A stretch of 64,000 nucleotides of DNA from Chiloscyllium plagiosum (lineage: Eukaryota), in the NCBI RefSeq assembly GCF_004010195.1, contig NC_057753.1, positions 372,536 through 436,535 on the forward strand, read 5' to 3'. Both the position numbers and the translations under genes were made by a program. Position 1 is the first letter of the stretch. Every line of letters begins with the position of its first letter. Positions 60,726 through 64,000 of this stretch are shown here, piece by piece. The notes under the pieces are model-generated. The model was not told where the DNA came from. It did no database searches and saw only the letters and a program-made list of their open reading frames with translations.

Positions 60726-61308
60726 TATGAGAAGTTGAGGGCGATGAGGAGTTTGCATGAAAGGGGAGTTGAGGCCTGGGACAGATCAGCCGTGATCTTG
60801 CTGAATGGCAGGGTAGGTTTGACGCACTTCTGATCCTATTTTTCTAACATTGTTATGACATCTGTGAGCCTCATGAAGCTTGGGAGGCACGAGTTGATGC
60901 GAGACTCTTTCAAATTGGCAACTGAGATTACATCGGCATCGGTCAAACGTAAAATGCACCAGTTCCTGCCCTTTTACCAGGGAAGCATTCACTCCAACAT
61001 CAACATTATCCAAAGCCTCTCATGTCAAGGTCGTCCAGGCAATACTCGCATAGGGAGGGGTGGTGGTGCAGCGTATTTATTGGAATGATACCTGAACATC
61101 AGGGATGAAAGTACCAGGAGACGTTACAGAAATCAGTGGTGCATTTCCAGGAATTTAGAAAAGCGTGAATTCATCAAAATCTGTGAAATGAGGTTAGTGG
61201 GCAGTGGTGAGACCACATGTGCACAGCCGTGCACATTACTGGTCACCTTATTCCAGGATGGATGGAAATATGTTGGATTCGGGTCACAGAGGCTTTACCA
61301 GACCTAAG

Positions 61309-61549
61309 CTGAAAATGTGTTCCTGGAAAAGCGCAGCAGGTCAGGCAGCATCCAGGGAACAGGAGAATCGACGTTTCGGGCATAAGCCCTTCTTCAGGAA
61401 GATTCTGAAGATTCTTCAGGATTCCTGAAGAAGGGCTTATGCCCGAAACGTCGATTCTCCTGTTCCCTGGATGCTGCCTGACCTGCTGCGCTTTTCCAGC
61501 AACACATTTTCAGCTCTGATCTCCAGCATCTGCAGACCTCACTTTCTTC
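61309..61549. mobile_element. Young palindromic Penelope-derived element (family A) with hammerhead cores on both strands
   Basis: About 94-bp arms with one mismatch; cores at 61373-61397 (minus) and 61425-61449 (plus); TSD TTACCAGACCTAAG at 61295-61308 and 61550-61563. Confidence 0.88.
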
Positions 61550-61589
61550 TTACCAGACCTAAGACCTGGAATGGCCAGATTGTCTTATG

Positions 61590-61904
61590 AGTCGGGAATG
61601 TGGTGTTGGAAAAGCACAGCAGGTTAGGCAGCATCCGAAGAGCAGGAGAGTCGACGGTTCGGGCAAAAGCCCTTCTTCAGGAATGAGGCCTCCTCCTCTC
61701 TCTGCAAGAACAAGCTCTCCTCCTCTCTCTACAAGTATCTTGAAGACGTTCTCCTCCTCTCTCTACAAGGGCCTCATTCCTGATGTAGGGCTTTTGCCCG
61801 AAATGTCGATTTTCCTGCTCCTCGGATGCTGCCAGACCTGCTATGCTTTTCCAGCACCACACTCTCGACTCTGACTGTCCAGCATCTGCAGTCCTCACTT
61901 TCGC
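61590..61904. mobile_element. Older family A palindrome with repetitive spacer
   Basis: Inverted arms; spacer has three CTCCTCCTCTCTCTRCAAG units; degenerate TSD GCCAGATTGTCTTATGAG / GCCAGGTAGTCTTCTGAG. Confidence 0.78.
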
Positions 61905-62344
61905 CAGGTAGTCTTCTGAGGAAAGGTTTGACAGGCTAAGCTTGTGTCAGTTCGAGTTTCAAACAGTAAGAGCAGCTTTGAAACCTCTTGAAACATAGAG
62001 GATCCTGAGGAGTCTTTGACGGGGTAGACGTGGAGGGGATGTTTTCACTCCTGGGAGAAGCTAGAACTCGGGAGCACTGTTTAAAAATCAGGGGATTCCC
62101 AGTTAAAACAGAGATAAGTTGAAATTTCTTCTCACAAGGTTATTTGGAACTCTCTTCCAGTGGAAGCAGAGTCTTGAAAAGTTTAAGGCAGAGGCAGATA
62201 CATTCTTGATGAGAAAGGGTGTGGAAAGGGGAAGTGGGAAGATGGATTTGAGGTTACAATATGATCAGCTATGCCCGCATTGAAGGTCAGAGCAGGTGTG
62301 AGGGACCGAATGGCCAATCCCACTTCCTTATTCGGACATGAAGA

Positions 62345-62668
62345 GATTACATTACATTATTACATTACAGTACAGTGTGGAAACAGGCCCTTCGGCCCAA
62401 CAAGTCCACACCGACCCGCCGAAGTGCAACCCACCCATGCCCCTACATTTACCCATTACCTAACACCAAGGGCAATTTAGCATGGCCAATTCACCTGACC
62501 TGCACATCTTTGGACTGTGGGAGGAAACCGGAGCACCCGGAGGAAACCCACGCAGACACGGGGAGAATGTGCAAACTCCACACAGTCAGTCGCCTGAGGC
62601 AGGAATTGAACCTGGGTCTCAGGCGCTGTGAGGCAGCAGTGCTAACCACTGTGCCACTGTGCCGCCCA
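62345..62668 (-). mobile_element. HE1/V-SINE, full length, (TGTAA)n tail
   Basis: Intact A and B boxes, V-domain and tail. Confidence 0.92.
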
Positions 62669-63669
62669 CAAGAGGAGCCGTTCCAACAGGCAACATTGTG
62701 CCCACTGGCCGAAGGATCTCCGCGATGATGGGGCACAGCCTGAGGATTACAGCCAGACTTTTCTGGAGTGAAAAGAGGAGAGACTTCCATACCCAGAGAG
62801 TGGTTAGGCTTTGGAACTCTCTTCTACAAAGGCAAGTTCATTGGTGATCAATTCTGTGTTTTAACACTGACAGAAAGAGATTTTTGTTATCCTGAGGAAT
62901 ATGGGGTAAAGTTGGGGAGAGGCGATGGTATTTTATGGAGGGAGGTAATCCCAATGGATGGTGAACAGGTTTGAAGCAGAATTCTTGGCTCTGCTAACTC
63001 TGCGAAGGGGATAATTTGCCAGTCTGATGTGATTGTGAGCTGATTGTTCAGTGGAGAGGAGTCGTTGACACAAAGGCTGCTGATATTAAACATACACGCC
63101 CATAAGACGTCTTTGTTCCACACAAAATCTCATCATTCCCCAAAACCCAGCCTTCCGACAGTCCACTCCTGGAGGGCCGACTCCTCAGGCCGACAATCTT
63201 CAATGGCAGGGGTTGTCCCAGAGGGACTGTTGGGAGCTTTGGGCTGTGTGTTGTTAGGAACCATAGTACTGTTACACATACAACAATTCATATACACACA
63301 CACACGTAGGGAATTCAAAATTCAAAGACATTGCAGGTGCCTCTCTATCCAGAGACCAATTGTCCCAGCAGTTAACAGGCTCAAGCAAGCTTGCCCATCT
63401 CCTACTTTAAAGTGAACTTCAAAAGATTCATTGGCCTTTTTTTCAAGTGTCTGTCTTAAGACGGTAGACTCAGGAGCATCGCAAAGCATGCCAAACCTCC
63501 ACAGGATAATTACAAGGTTAATTTTAGACCGGACACTTAAACCTGCCATCTCACTTTCATCAGGAACAGATCCCAGTTTGAGACCAATCTCTGATTTAAC
63601 AGCACATTTCCAGCATTCACCGTTGTTCTTACAGTCTCGAAATCTGCTTGTAAAGGGGTTTGTGTTATC

Positions 63670-64000
63670 GAGTCAGTCGGCATGAAAACAGAGCCTTTGG
63701 TCCACCAAGTCCACGTCGACCATGTTCCCAAAGCAAACTAGTCCCATCTGCCTGAGCTAGGTCCCTATCCTTCCAAACCTTTGCTATTCACGAACTTATC
63801 CAAATGTCTTTTCAATGGACTAACTGAACCTGCATTCACCACTTGCTTTAGCAGTTCATTTCACACGTGAACCACTGTCTTGCCCTTTTCAAATCTTTTT
63901 CCTCTCACCTTAAAAATGTGCCCACTGGTTTTGAACTCCCCCACCCCTGGGAAAAGACCCTAGTTCATTCACCTTACCTATGGCCCTCATGGTTTTATAA
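63670..64000 (-). mobile_element. CR1 LINE 3' end (continues beyond window)
   Basis: 3' UTR and RT C-terminus on the minus strand. Confidence 0.8.

Larger units (their letters stand above)
61180..62335 (+). mobile_element. Old CR1 3' fragment hosting two family A palindromes
   Basis: VRPH...YWSPY and collinear RT end resume between and after the insertions. Confidence 0.7.

Noticed and set aside
61309..61549. Palindromes as classical DNA-transposon MITEs or miRNA genes
   Set aside because: Arms are asymmetric, TSDs are long and variable, and the sequence equals the 3' end of a coding Penelope-like element. No miRNA evidence is available from sequence alone.
57360..63318. Faint resemblance of minus-strand peptides (GRSCSGHG, IRCTTTPP, HFTFDRCRC, EDCRPEE) to integrin-beta, plexin/IPT or ricin-lectin motifs
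   Set aside because: Motifs are short, interrupted by stops and not in a consistent domain order; cannot be supported without a search.

Overview
Vertebrate genomic DNA, almost certainly from a shark or other elasmobranch: it is dominated by HE1/V-SINE copies and CR1-clade LINEs that share their 3' tail. The window covers part of a C2H2 zinc-finger gene cluster. There are two complete finger-only ORFs (8 fingers at 698-1375, 12 fingers at 8002-9015), the 3' end of a third gene cut by an assembly gap (29651-29801, minus strand), a decayed finger remnant near 39.4-39.6 kb, and two CpG-rich promoter/first-exon regions. Most remaining sequence is nested repeats: CR1 LINEs, SINEs, solo LTRs with 4-bp TSDs, an LTR followed by a tRNA-Ser primer-binding site, a Tc1/mariner-type MITE and Penelope-like elements. 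The most striking pattern is a set of short (about 150-350 bp) palindromic Penelope-derived insertions. They carry minimal hammerhead-ribozyme cores (CTGANGA-stem II-GAAA), often on both strands, are flanked by 9-15 bp target-site duplications, and fall into about five sequence families. Also notable are a 19-unit, indel-free 60-bp minisatellite that appears to derive from a SINE segment and forms an E-box array, and SINE-internal 52-bp tandem expansions with higher-order structure. There are three N gaps (29802-30301, 34510-34894, 56302-56801). All family assignments come from visual recognition, not database searches; repeat boundaries are approximate unless TSDs are quoted.
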